Under the pieces are notes generated by a model. That model made no database searches. It saw nothing but the letters and a program-made list of their open reading frames with translations, and had not been told where the DNA came from. From NCBI GenBank assembly GCA_963748265.1, contig CAVVIG010000001.1:329959-393958 (forward strand): DNA of 64,000 nt, in the 5' to 3' direction. This document shows, piece after piece, positions 22,094-31,614 of this stretch (position 1 is its first letter; every line of letters begins with the position of its first letter). This DNA comes from an uncultured Acidobacteriota bacterium (GTDB lineage: Bacteria > Acidobacteriota > Vicinamibacteria > Vicinamibacterales > CAVVIG01). Position numbers and translations under genes: made by a program.

Positions 22094-24379
22094 ATGCAGT
22101 TGCAGTCAGGAATCAGCCTCGGCCCGTATGAGATCGTCGAGCCCCTCGGGGCCGGCGGCATGGGCGAGGTGTATCGGGCACACGATCGACGTCTCGGGCG
22201 CGACGTCGCGGTGAAGGTGCTGTCGCGGCATCTCAGCGGCGACCCCGATGCGATGGCGCGGTTCGAACACGAAGCGCGCACGGTGGCCGCGCTCTCGCAC
22301 CCGAACATCCTCTCGATTCACGACTTCGCCGTCGAGGGCGGGATGCCCTACACGGTCACCGAGCTCCTCGAGGGCGAGTCGCTGCGCGAGCGGCTGGAGC
22401 GCGGTCCGCTCGCCTGGCGCGAGGCGCTCGCGCTCGGCATTGCGATCGCCGATGGCCTCGCCGCAGCACACGGCCAGGGCATCGTCCACCGCGACCTGAA
22501 GCCCGAGAACCTGTTCCTGCTGCGCGACGGCCGCCTGAAGATCCTCGACTTCGGCCTGGCCCGCTACGTGCCGACATTTTCAGGACCCTCGGACACGCAC
22601 CTGACCTTCGTCGGCACGCCGGAGCACGGCCTCGTGATGGGGACACTCGGATACATGTCGCCCGAGCAGGCCCGCGGCGGCCCCATCGGCGCCACGAGCG
22701 ACATCTTCGCGCTCGGGTGCGTCCTGTACAAGCTCGTCACCGGCGACCGGCCATTCGAGCGGGCGACCCCGGCCGATGCCATCGCCGCGATCCTGCACGA
22801 GACCCGCGGCCGATCGGGGACAGCGGCGCACAGGTTCCCGCCGAACTGGGCCGCTTCGTCGCGCACTGCCTCGAGAAGCAGCCGTCCGCCCGCTTCCAGT
22901 CGGCGCGGGATGCCGCGGTGGCGATGCAGGCGCTCCTGCACGACTCCTCGGAGCGCTCCCTGCCCGGCACGGCGCTCCAGCCGTGGCTCGACCAAGGCCG
23001 TCGCAGTGCTTCCCTTCGTCAACGAAGGCGGCGACGCCGACCTGGATTACTTGACCGACGGGCTGACCGAGATCCTCGTCAACGCGCTCTCGGCACTGCC
23101 GAAGCTGCGCGTCGTGCCGCGCACGGTGGTACAGCGCTACAAGAACCGCGCGATGGAGCCGACACGGATCGGCGCCGAACTCAACGCCACGGCGCTCGTC
23201 ACCGGACGGGTCGTCTCGCGCGGCGGTCAGGTCAGCGTGCAGACGGAGCTGATCGACGCGCCCTCCAATGCGCAGCTCTGGGGACAGCGGTTCGTCCGCC
23301 CGGCCAGCGAGGTCTTTGCCCTGCAGGAGGCGCTCGCGGCCGAAATCGTCGAGGCGTTGAGCAGCAGGCTCGGCGGCCAGAAGAAGGCTGCGCGCCGGGT
23401 GCGTGCGGCGCACACTCCCGCGCCAGCGGCGTTCGAACACTATCTGCGCGGCCGTCATGCGTTCCAGCGGTGGGGCCCCCGCGCGTTTGCCCGGGCCATC
23501 GAGCACTACGAGCAGGCCATCCTCGCGGATCCCGACTACGCGCCGGTGTGGGCAGGCCTGTCGGACGTGCTCGGAGCATCCGCGTACTTCGGCTACACGG
23601 ATCAGCAGACGTCGATGGCGCGGGCGCGCGCCGCAGCTGAACGAGCCCTCTCGCTCGACGCCACGTCGGCGGAGGCACACGCGGCGCTCGCCGTATCACG
23701 ACTCTTCGGCCACTGGGATTTCCCTGGTGCCGCCGCGGCATTCGAGCGATCGCTCTCGCTCAACCCGCGGCTGGCGACGACGCACGTCTTCCACTCGCTG
23801 TATTTCGCCGCGCACAGCAGGTTCGACGACGCTCTGGCCACGGCGCGGAAGGCCGAAGCGCTCGACCCGCTGTCAGTGCTGCCGGTGTTGTCGGTGGTCT
23901 GGGCCTGCCATTTCGCCGGGCGCGACGAGGAGAAGCTCGCGCAGGTGCACCGGCTGCTGGACCTGGATCCCGGCGCACCCACGCCGCACACACTGCTCGC
24001 TGCCGAGGCGGAGCGGGTCGGCGACTATCCCCTCGCGATCGCGCGCATCGAGACGCGGCTCCGGATTGCAGGCGACCCACCCGACCTGGCCAACGCGCTC
24101 CGTGCAGGCTGGGAAAAGGACGGCCGCGCCGGCTTCCTCCGCGCCAAGCTCCAGGCCATCGAAAGCGGCGTCGGCATTTTCGGTGCGCCGGCGATCGAGG
24201 CCGCCGCGATCCTGATCAACCTGGGCGAACCCGAGGCCGCACTCGATCGGCTGACCGCGGCGTGTGACGCCCGCGTGAGCGGCGTGGTGCTGATGGGCGC
24301 GGACCGGTGCTTCAGGACGCTGCACGGGCACCCGCGATTCAACGCACTCGTCCGGCGCGTGGGCCTGCCGCAGGGTTAG
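22094..24379 (+). CDS. Ser/Thr kinase with TolB-like adaptor and TPR repeats, compensating frameshifts about 22800-22970
   Basis: LGAGGMGEVYRA, HRDLKPEN, DFG, GTLGYMSPEQ; AVAVLPFVN...DYLTDGLTEIL; TPR; PRFNALVRRVGL. Confidence 0.92.
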   Translation: MQLQSGISLGPYEIVEPLGAGGMGEVYRAHDRRLGRDVAVKVLSRHLSGDPDAMARFEHEARTVAALSHPNILSIHDFAVEGGMPYTVTELLEGESLRERLERGPLAWREALALGIAIADGLAAAHGQGIVHRDLKPENLFLLRDGRLKILDFGLARYVPTFSGPSDTHLTFVGTPEHGLVMGTLGYMSPEQARGGPIGATSDIFALGCVLYKLVTGDRPFERATPADAIAAILHETRGRSGTAAHRFPPNWAASSRTASRSSRPPASSRRGMPRWRCRRSCTTPRSAPCPARRSSRGSTKAVAVLPFVNEGGDADLDYLTDGLTEILVNALSALPKLRVVPRTVVQRYKNRAMEPTRIGAELNATALVTGRVVSRGGQVSVQTELIDAPSNAQLWGQRFVRPASEVFALQEALAAEIVEALSSRLGGQKKAARRVRAAHTPAPAAFEHYLRGRHAFQRWGPRAFARAIEHYEQAILADPDYAPVWAGLSDVLGASAYFGYTDQQTSMARARAAAERALSLDATSAEAHAALAVSRLFGHWDFPGAAAAFERSLSLNPRLATTHVFHSLYFAAHSRFDDALATARKAEALDPLSVLPVLSVVWACHFAGRDEEKLAQVHRLLDLDPGAPTPHTLLAAEAERVGDYPLAIARIETRLRIAGDPPDLANALRAGWEKDGRAGFLRAKLQAIESGVGIFGAPAIEAAAILINLGEPEAALDRLTAACDARVSGVVLMGADRCFRTLHGHPRFNALVRRVGLPQG

Positions 24380-24450
24380 TCGCAAGTCTTCAGTCGCAAG
24401 ACTCAAGTCAGAGCATCGAGTCGCGTCATCGACCTGCGACCTGCGACGGT
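24378..24450. repeat. Degenerate AGTCGCA/GACCTGC heptamer cluster between convergent genes
   Basis: agtcgcaagtcttcagtcgcaagactcaagtc...gacctgcgacctgcgac; same family as 4592-4620, in both orientations. Confidence 0.55.
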
Positions 24451-24465
24451 CGCCTTCGACAATCC

Positions 24466-25947
24466 CTATCTGTTGAACGATTCGTGCCGCGACGCGGTGG
24501 TCAGGCGGACCATGTAGCGCGTCGGCTCCTCGTCGAACCGTTCCTTCAACTCGCGCAGGCTGCTGGCGCCGCCGTAGCTGATCGACGAGCACAGGTGCCT
24601 GAGCATGTCCTGGATGACGCTGCGCACCGAGCCTCGTGCCGGCACGCTCACCTCCAGCCCCTCGGCGCCGAGCGCCTCCACTTCATTGGCATCGGCCTCC
24701 TCGAGATCGAGCCGATCCCTCACCGCGGCCAGCGACGCCATCCCGCGGAACACCTTGAACGGGACCTGCACCATCTTCTGTGAGTCGGGCATGAGCACCG
24801 ACTTCAGCACGATGTCCCCCGGGGTTTCCTGCGTGCCGGCGAAGGCGCTGCCCAGCATCACCGTGTCGCCGCCGAAGAGCAGCGCCTGCGCGATGCCGCC
24901 GTGGCGCTTGATGCCGCCGTCCGCGATGAGCGGCACCCGGTTCCCGACCGCCTGGCGGGTCTGCACGAGCGCCTCGACCTGGGGCACGCCGAAGTTCGTC
25001 GTGAGGCGTGTGGTACAGCCGCCGCCAGGCCCGATGCCGACCTTGATCGCGTTCACGCCACGCTCCAGGAGAAAGCAGGCCCCCTCGGCCGTGGCGACGT
25101 TGCCGGCAATCAGGTCCACGTCGCCGAAGCGCGCGCGGATCTGTTCGATCGCGTTCGCCATCACCATCGAGTGACCGTGCGCGATGTCGATGACGATGAG
25201 GTCGGCGCCGGCGCGGAGGACTTCGGCGGCTCGTTCCAGGTAGTCGCCGGTGGCGCCGACGGCCGCACCGACGCGCAGCCGTCCGCGGTCGTCGCGCGTG
25301 GCGAACGGATGGCGGCGATGTTTCATCAGGTCCTTGGCCGTGACGAGGCCGAGCACCGTGCCGTCCGCGTTGACCAGCGGGAGCTTCTTGACCTTGTGCG
25401 CCACCATCAGCGCCTCGGCGTTTGCCAGCGACGTGTGGCCCGTGTGCACGACGAGCCGCTCGCGCGGCGTCATGCGATCGCGCACCAGCGCATCGCCCGG
25501 CACGAACCGCACGTCACGCTCGGTGAGCAGCCCCTGCAGCCGCTGGGCGCCGTCCACCACCGCCAGCGAGCCGACGCCGGTCTGCCGCATCTCGCGCCTC
25601 GCGTCGGACACGGTCGCGTCGCCGCCGATCGCGTGCGGGTCGAGGATCACGCCGTGTTGCGTCCGCTTGACCGCCAGCACCTCCGCTACCTGCGGCGCGA
25701 CGTCGCCCGCGCGAAAGCCGCGATCGATGATGCCGATGCCCCCTTCTTCAGCGAGCACCACCGCCATCGCGGCTCGCGTGATCGTGTCCATGTTGGCCGA
25801 GACGATCGGGCGGTTCAGCGTGAGACGCGTCGTGAGCCGCGCGCGCAGATCGATCGTGGACGGGTCGCGGCTGGGGACCACGCCAAGCTGCGGCGTGAAC
25901 AGGAAGTCGTCGAAGGTGGCGCCCCGTACCAGGTCGAGCAGGTTCAT
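24466..25947 (-). CDS. IMP dehydrogenase/GMP reductase family protein with CBS pair (atypical GuaB)
   Basis: TFDDFLFTP, PIVSANMDTIT, CBS domains, DIAHGHS, GNVATAEG, KVGIGPGGGCTTR, IADGGI, GMAS. Confidence 0.92.
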   Translation of the reverse strand: MNLLDLVRGATFDDFLFTPQLGVVPSRDPSTIDLRARLTTRLTLNRPIVSANMDTITRAAMAVVLAEEGGIGIIDRGFRAGDVAPQVAEVLAVKRTQHGVILDPHAIGGDATVSDARREMRQTGVGSLAVVDGAQRLQGLLTERDVRFVPGDALVRDRMTPRERLVVHTGHTSLANAEALMVAHKVKKLPLVNADGTVLGLVTAKDLMKHRRHPFATRDDRGRLRVGAAVGATGDYLERAAEVLRAGADLIVIDIAHGHSMVMANAIEQIRARFGDVDLIAGNVATAEGACFLLERGVNAIKVGIGPGGGCTTRLTTNFGVPQVEALVQTRQAVGNRVPLIADGGIKRHGGIAQALLFGGDTVMLGSAFAGTQETPGDIVLKSVLMPDSQKMVQVPFKVFRGMASLAAVRDRLDLEEADANEVEALGAEGLEVSVPARGSVRSVIQDMLRHLCSSISYGGASSLRELKERFDEEPTRYMVRLTTASRHESFNR

Positions 25948-26423
25948 CGGGTCCTCTGCAGCCGCTTCAGCAGCTGAATCTGTCCGGCATGATACAGGTC
26001 GTGTGCGGCGATGCCGCGCACGAGGTATCGCGCGCTTCGACCATTCCTGAGGAGCGGGCGGGCGAGTGCCGCGTCAGGCAGCGCGGCAATCGTCGCGCGC
26101 AGTGCCTTGTGCTCCGCGGCCAGCAGCTGGATCTCCGACGCCCAGGTGCGCGCAGGATCTTCCCTGAACCAGTTGCTCCCCTTCAGCGGAAAGCTTCCCC
26201 GCTTGTCGCCGGTGAGCCTGCGCCGGACCGCATACTTCCAGTACGCGGTATGCACGGTGATCTCGCGGATCGAGTGCCGCCGCGGCGCCGGACGCCAGCC
26301 CGCCTGCGCCGGCGTGACGCCGCGCAGCGATCCGCGCAGATTCGTGCCGTGCCACGATTGCTTGTCGTACGCTTCGTCGATCAGCGCCAGCAGGAGATCC
26401 GATTCAATCACGAGCAAGAGCAT
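25944..26423 (-). CDS. DinB family protein
   Basis: SWHGTNLRGSL, HSIREITVHTAYW, GIAAHDLYHAGQIQLLK. Confidence 0.88.
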   Translation of the reverse strand: MLLLVIESDLLLALIDEAYDKQSWHGTNLRGSLRGVTPAQAGWRPAPRRHSIREITVHTAYWKYAVRRRLTGDKRGSFPLKGSNWFREDPARTWASEIQLLAAEHKALRATIAALPDAALARPLLRNGRSARYLVRGIAAHDLYHAGQIQLLKRLQRTR

Positions 26424-26467
26424 ACCTGCTTCGCAGTGAGGCCGATGTGTGCTCAAATGCGGCCAGC

Positions 26468-27988
26468 ATGATGCCTCTGCCGATACACCGCACCCGTGCC
26501 GCCGCCTTCGTCCTCGTTGCCCTGCTGCCACTGCGCGCCGCCGGAGCGCCGCCGGTTCCTGACGTGCGCGGTCCGATTCCGGCGACGGCGCAGTCGTATC
26601 CGTTCGGGGCGGCGGACCACACGCGGGTGCCAGAGGATCTGCGCTCCATCGGCTACGTCGAAGAGGAGTTCTTCGTCAGCGGCACGGCGAACGTGTACGA
26701 CTGGCCTGTCGAGGGCCCGGCAACGGTCCGCACGGCAGGCGCGCCGTATACCACGCGCGTCCTGGTCCGGCGTCCCGCCGACCGCCGCCGCTTCAGCGGC
26801 AACGCCATCGTCGAGATGCTGAACCCGTCCAACCTGTTCGACCTCAATCTCGCGTGGGCGATCTCGCGCGCCGAGATCGTGCGTCGCGGCGACGCGTGGG
26901 TCGGCATCACGGCGAAGCCCGTGTCCGTGGAGACGCTCAAGACGTTCGACCCTGCACGCTATGCGCCGCTTGCCTGGCACAACCCCCTTGCGGCAGACGA
27001 TCCGCGCAACTGCCAGACCGTCGCGGCGGACAGCAGCCGCACGTCCGAGAACGGGCTCGTGTGGGATATCCACACGCAGGTGGGCGCGTGGCTGCGGAGC
27101 GGCGCGGCGTCCAACCCGCTCCTGTACGGAGGCGAGCCGGCTGCACCCCATCCGGTGCAGCGGGTCTATGCATGGGGCTACTCGCAGACCGGCAGCTTCC
27201 TCTACACCTACGCGAACGCCATCCACCCGCTGGTCGTCAAGGAGATGGGGCGGTCGATGTTCGACGCCTACCTGATAGGCGTGTCGAGCGGCCCCTCCCC
27301 CATCAACCAGTGCGCGGACCCGATTCCAGCCGGCGATCCGCGACGCACCATCCGGAATGCCGGCGTCCCGGTGGCGCGCGTGATGACCCAGTCGGACTAT
27401 CTCACCGGCATTGCCGCACGGCGTCCCGACAGCGAATCGGCACCCGACTTGTATCGGAACTACGAGGTTGCCGGATCGGCGCACGCGACTCCCGACGAAC
27501 TGAACTTCGCGGCCGCGCCGGCGGACATCGAGAAAGGCGGACGCGCCGTGCCGCCGATGGCCTGCAACGAAGGGGCGCGCAGCCGGTTCCCGAACGGCCC
27601 GGCGTTCAACGCCGTCTTGCGGAACCTGGACACCTGGGCACGGACCGGCACGCCGGCGCCGCGCGCCGAACCGATCCTGGTCGCCGACGGTAAGCCGGTG
27701 CTCGACCGGTTCGGCAACGTGATCGGCGGGATCCGCTCGCCGTTCGTCGAGGCGCCGATCAGCACGTGGTTCGGCAACTCGACCGGCCCATCGTTCTGTC
27801 GCATCGCGGGGCACGAGGTGCCGTTCGACGCAGCGCAGTTGAAAGCGCTGTATCCAACGCCGAACGACTACATGCGCGCGGTGGTGGCCTCCGTCTCGCG
27901 GCTGGTGGTCGAGGGCTTCATGATTCGCGAGGACGCGGAAGCCATCGTCGCGGCCGAGCAGCGGCGGGCGGTGGAACTTCTGCGGTAG
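26468..27988 (+). CDS. Secreted alpha/beta hydrolase domain protein (ABhydrolase_10-like)
   Basis: GYVEEEFFVSGTA, YTTRVLVRRP, AWGYSQTG, YEVAGSAH, GNVIGGIRSP. Confidence 0.85.
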   Translation: MMPLPIHRTRAAAFVLVALLPLRAAGAPPVPDVRGPIPATAQSYPFGAADHTRVPEDLRSIGYVEEEFFVSGTANVYDWPVEGPATVRTAGAPYTTRVLVRRPADRRRFSGNAIVEMLNPSNLFDLNLAWAISRAEIVRRGDAWVGITAKPVSVETLKTFDPARYAPLAWHNPLAADDPRNCQTVAADSSRTSENGLVWDIHTQVGAWLRSGAASNPLLYGGEPAAPHPVQRVYAWGYSQTGSFLYTYANAIHPLVVKEMGRSMFDAYLIGVSSGPSPINQCADPIPAGDPRRTIRNAGVPVARVMTQSDYLTGIAARRPDSESAPDLYRNYEVAGSAHATPDELNFAAAPADIEKGGRAVPPMACNEGARSRFPNGPAFNAVLRNLDTWARTGTPAPRAEPILVADGKPVLDRFGNVIGGIRSPFVEAPISTWFGNSTGPSFCRIAGHEVPFDAAQLKALYPTPNDYMRAVVASVSRLVVEGFMIREDAEAIVAAEQRRAVELLR

Positions 27989-28030
27989 TTCGGCCGTCGA
28001 GTACTAGGGTAAGCGTCGTGGAGGACTGCC

Positions 28031-28561
28031 ATGGCATGCCTGCGCTGTCAGCAAGAGGTTGCATCTGAGGCCCGTTACTGCCCGGCGTGTGGCGCACCGC
28101 AACACGGGGAGAACGGACCGGTGTTCGGGCGCCGCCGGCTGACACGGATTCCGGTCGACGGCAAGATCGCGGGCGTGTGCGCCGGCATCGCGGAGTACCT
28201 GGACGTCGACGTCTCGTTCGTCAGGGCGCTCTGGCTCGCGCTGTCGATCGTCCCGGGCGCAATCGTGGGCGGCGTCCTTGCGTACGCGCTCGCCTGGGTG
28301 GTCATGCCGGAGGGTCCTCCCGCAGCGGCCAGCACCGGCAGGCGTCTGGTGCGCTCGTCGACCGACGCGCAGCTCGCCGGCGTCTGCGGCGGCCTCGCCG
28401 ATTATTTCGGCGTGGACTCCACGCTGGTTCGCGTCCTGTGGATCGTGCTGACGGTGCTGCCCGGCGCGATCCTCGGCGGCGTGCTCGCGTATCTGGCCGC
28501 CTGGCTGATCATCCCGAAGGCGCCGACGATCGTGTCGGCGCCGCAGCCGCACGTGGTCTGA
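28031..28561 (+). CDS. Double zinc-ribbon plus tandem PspC domain membrane protein
   Basis: CLRC...YCPACG; two [12 protein letters not shown] and [14 protein letters not shown] PspC motifs. Confidence 0.9.
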   Translation: MACLRCQQEVASEARYCPACGAPQHGENGPVFGRRRLTRIPVDGKIAGVCAGIAEYLDVDVSFVRALWLALSIVPGAIVGGVLAYALAWVVMPEGPPAAASTGRRLVRSSTDAQLAGVCGGLADYFGVDSTLVRVLWIVLTVLPGAILGGVLAYLAAWLIIPKAPTIVSAPQPHVV

Positions 28562-28603
28562 TCGCCAGCCGGCTCGCCGGGATCGCCGCAATGTCATGAC
28601 CAG

Positions 28604-30106
28604 TTGGTGGATACTGGGCGTGTGACCGCACGTCCAGCTGCCGCCGCGACCCTCTCGGCGGAGCTCCTCGAACGCTTTCCCGCCTACGGCGGCACCTCGG
28701 TGCTCGACGACCTGCGCCGCACCGAGTACTCCCGCCTCGATCGGCAGGGGCACGCGTACCTCGATTACACAGGCGGCGGGATGTACGCGGACTCGCAGGT
28801 TCGTGCGCACGCCGGAATGCTCGCGGGCCACGTCCTCGGCAACCCGCACTCGGCGAGCCTCAGCTCCTCGGAGTCAACCGCGCTGGTGGAGAGCGCGCGG
28901 CGTGCGGTGCTCGAGTACTTCGGCGCGGCTGACAAGTACACCGCGATTTTCACCCTGAACGCCAGCGGCGCGCTCAAGCATGTCGGCGAGTGCTTCCCGT
29001 TCCAGCCGGGTGGACTCCTGCTGCTCTCCTTCGACAACCACAACTCGGTGAACGGCATCCGCGAGTTCGCGCGCGCGAAGGGCGCGGCGTTCGACTACGC
29101 GCCGCTCTCGGTCCCCGACCTCCGGCTCGATCGTGCGCGCCTGGACGAGATGCTCGCGTCGGCCGACCGGTCGCGCGCCAACCTGTTCGCGTTCCCGGCG
29201 CAGTCGAACTTCACCGGGGTGAAGCACCCGCTTGCGCTCGTGGACCAGGCGCGCGATCGCGGCTGGCACGTGCTCCTCGATGCGGCGGCCTTCGTGCCGA
29301 CGAACCGGCTCGATCTCTCGCGGGTCCAGCCAGACTTCGTGACGATCTCGTTCTACAAGATGTTCGGGTATCCGACCGGCGTCGGCTGCCTGCTCGTGCG
29401 CAACGCCGCGCTGCCGCTGCTGCAGCGCCCGTGGTTTGCCGGCGGCACGGTGAACTTCGCGACCGTCCAGGGGCGCGCCCACATCCTGTCGCCAGGCGAG
29501 GCGGGGTTCGAGGACGGCACGCTGAACTACCTGAGCATCCCGGCGGTGGAGATCGGCCTGCAGCACCTCCAGCAGGTCGGCATCGACACCATCCACACGC
29601 GCGTGGAATCGCTCGCCGCGCTCCTGCTCGAGAAGCTTCTCGAGCTCCGGCACACGAACGGCCGGCACATGGTGCGGATCTACGGCCCGGCGACCATGAG
29701 CGAGCGGGGCGGGACGATCACGATGAACTTCTACGATCCGGAAGGCCACCTGGTGGACTACCGGCGGGTCGAGGAGCTCGCGAGCGAACGCCGCATCTGC
29801 CTGCGCACCGGCTGCTTCTGCAACCCGGGCGCGGGCGAAGCTGCCGAGGGGCTTACCGCCGACGACATGCGCGCCGCCGTCGAATCCGGGAGCGACATGA
29901 CCCTCACCCGATTCGTACAGCTCATGCAGCGCCGCGGCGGCAAGAGCGCCGGCGCGATCCGCGTGTCGCTGGGACTGGTCAGCAACGTCGACGATGTGGC
30001 GAGGTTCCTGGCGTTTGCGGAGGAACTGCGCGATCAGACGCGGCTGACGCTGGGGGAAGTGACGTTCGACATCGAATCGTGCCGTGTCATCCGCGACGGG
30101 TCCTGA
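28604..30106 (+). CDS. PLP-dependent class V aminotransferase, Moco-sulfurase (MOCOS/ABA3 NifS domain)-like
   Basis: YLDYTGGG, GNPHS, DNHNSVNGIRE, FPAQSNFTG, LLDAAAF, SFYKMFGYPTGVG, LRTGCFCNPG. Confidence 0.88.
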   Translation: MVDTGRVTARPAAAATLSAELLERFPAYGGTSVLDDLRRTEYSRLDRQGHAYLDYTGGGMYADSQVRAHAGMLAGHVLGNPHSASLSSSESTALVESARRAVLEYFGAADKYTAIFTLNASGALKHVGECFPFQPGGLLLLSFDNHNSVNGIREFARAKGAAFDYAPLSVPDLRLDRARLDEMLASADRSRANLFAFPAQSNFTGVKHPLALVDQARDRGWHVLLDAAAFVPTNRLDLSRVQPDFVTISFYKMFGYPTGVGCLLVRNAALPLLQRPWFAGGTVNFATVQGRAHILSPGEAGFEDGTLNYLSIPAVEIGLQHLQQVGIDTIHTRVESLAALLLEKLLELRHTNGRHMVRIYGPATMSERGGTITMNFYDPEGHLVDYRRVEELASERRICLRTGCFCNPGAGEAAEGLTADDMRAAVESGSDMTLTRFVQLMQRRGGKSAGAIRVSLGLVSNVDDVARFLAFAEELRDQTRLTLGEVTFDIESCRVIRDGS

Positions 30107-30108
30107 GT

Positions 30109-30150
30109 GTAGGGCCGGGTGTAGAGGCCGGTCTTACGATCCGGCCCTAC
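30109..30150. repeat. GTAG-initiated inverted repeat (REP-like element or terminator)
   Basis: GTAGGGCCGG (30109-30118) and CCGGCCCTAC (30141-30150). Confidence 0.5.
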
Positions 30151-30189
30151 TCGGTCCTGCATCGCGATTTGCTACAGTAGCCGTTCGCG

Positions 30190-30843
30190 ATGCCCGCATA
30201 CGCTCTCCTCGCCACCGCCTCGAACCAGCCCGGGATTCTGTTCGGTCTCACGAGGGTGCTGGCGGACTACTCCGCCAACATCACGTATGTCGACATCATC
30301 CCGCACACCGATCTCGGCGCCGACCTTTACCTCGAGTTCTCCGTCGACAGCGACATTGACGACCTGATGGCGGAGCTCGGTCGGGTCTCCGGCGTGTCGC
30401 GCGTCGAGGTGACGGCGTCGTTCTCGAAGATCTACGGCAAGCGCATCGTCATCATGGGCGGCGGCGCGCAGGTCGGTCAGGTCGCGCTCGGCGCCATCAT
30501 CGAAGCCGACCGCCACAACATCCGCGGCGAGCGCATCTCGGTCGACACGATCCCGCTGGTCGGCGAAGAGGCGCTGGCGAGTGCAGTGCGCGCACTCGTG
30601 CGCCTGCCCCGCGTCCGGCTGCTCGTCCTCGCGGGGTCGATCATGGGCGGGGAGATCTCGCGCGCGGTCGAGGAGGTCCGGGAGAAGGGGCTCTTCGTCA
30701 TCTCGCTGAACATGGCGGGCAGCGTGCCGGACGTCTCGGACCTGGTGGTGTCGGATCCGGTGCAGGCGGGGGTGATGGCGGTGATGGCTGTCGCGGACAC
30801 CGCGAAGTTCGACCTGATACGGCAGCAGAAGAGAAGGTACTGA
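30190..30843 (+). CDS. ACT domain plus DUF5612-type protein (family typical of archaea)
   Basis: N-terminal ACT NQPGILFGLTRVLA...ANITY; KIYGKRIVIMGGGAQVGQVALGAIIEADRHNIRGERISVDTIPLVGE; LAGSIMGG; DPVQAGVMAVM. Confidence 0.85.
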   Translation: MPAYALLATASNQPGILFGLTRVLADYSANITYVDIIPHTDLGADLYLEFSVDSDIDDLMAELGRVSGVSRVEVTASFSKIYGKRIVIMGGGAQVGQVALGAIIEADRHNIRGERISVDTIPLVGEEALASAVRALVRLPRVRLLVLAGSIMGGEISRAVEEVREKGLFVISLNMAGSVPDVSDLVVSDPVQAGVMAVMAVADTAKFDLIRQQKRRY

Positions 30844-30876
30844 TCAGGGAACGGGGATCAGGGATCGGGGATCAGG
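30841..30876 (+). repeat. Tandem GGGATCR heptamer array (copy 1)
   Basis: TGATCA GGGAACG GGGATCA GGGATCG GGGATCA GG. Confidence 0.85.
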
Positions 30877-30913
30877 CCTTGCCCTCGTTTCCCACCGTTG
30901 CATGGTGTGTGAT

Positions 30914-30953
30914 GTAAAGAATACTTGACATGCAGTCCTGTATTCTTTACTTT
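30914..30953 (+). promoter_or_regulatory. Sigma70 promoter overlapped by an 11-bp inverted repeat (probable XRE operator)
   Basis: TTGACA 30925-30930, 17 nt, TACTTT 30948-30953; GTAAAGAATAC (30914-30924) and GTATTCTTTAC (30940-30950). Confidence 0.8.
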
Positions 30954-30980
30954 CTCCCGGACAACGTGGCAGGAGGGCCC

Positions 30981-31394
30981 ATGTCGTTCCGCGAGAAAAG
31001 CGCCTGGATCTCGCTCGTGTCGATCCTGTTCTTCGTCGCCGTGTACTTCGGCCGGCTCGCTGCCGGAGGGTCTGGCAGCGGCAGCGCCAACTTCACCACC
31101 TTTGTCATCGCGGTCGCCGGGGTTGTCATTCTGGAGGCTGTCCTGCACCTCGCGATCGCTCTCCGCTCCCCGCGCGAGGCGCGCACGCCGAAGGACGAAC
31201 GCGAGCGCCTCATCGAGATGCGCGCCACCCGGCTGGCCTTCCCTGTCTTGCTGGTCGGCTCGCTGGCGTCGATCTGGACGCTGCACACCGACATCGGCCG
31301 GACCGGCATGGCGCACGCCGTGCTCTTCGCGATCGTCGTTTCGGAGCTCGTCAAGTTCAGCGCGCAGATCGCGTATCACCGCCGCGGCTTCTGA
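30981..31394 (+). CDS. Small four-TM membrane protein
   Basis: SD AGGAGG; MSFREKSAWISL...; PKDERERLIE motif between hydrophobic helices. Confidence 0.8.
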   Translation: MSFREKSAWISLVSILFFVAVYFGRLAAGGSGSGSANFTTFVIAVAGVVILEAVLHLAIALRSPREARTPKDERERLIEMRATRLAFPVLLVGSLASIWTLHTDIGRTGMAHAVLFAIVVSELVKFSAQIAYHRRGF

Positions 31395-31395
31395 C

Positions 31396-31614
31396 ATGGC
31401 CGTCTCGATCGCGAACCAGATCCGGCGGCTCCGTTTCGAACAGGACGAGATGACGCAGCAGCAGCTTGCGGATCGGATCGGCGTGACGCGCCAGACGATC
31501 AACGCCATCGAACTCGGCAAGTACTCCCCGTCGCTCGAAATCGCCTTCCGGATTGCCGCCGTGTTCGAGGTGCCGCTCGATCGGGTGTTCCAGTTCACGA
31601 ACGGCGCACGATGA
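31396..31614 (+). CDS. XRE-family HTH transcriptional regulator
   Basis: IRRLRFEQDEMTQQQLADRIGVTRQTINAIELGKYSPSLEIAFRIA. Confidence 0.93.
   Translation: MAVSIANQIRRLRFEQDEMTQQQLADRIGVTRQTINAIELGKYSPSLEIAFRIAAVFEVPLDRVFQFTNGAR

Noticed and set aside
2177-24379. Programmed frameshifting or pseudogenisation in tex, GSDH, O-methyltransferase, tannase and both kinases
   Set aside because: Indels occur throughout the window in unrelated genes with otherwise intact motifs; sequencing error is the simpler explanation
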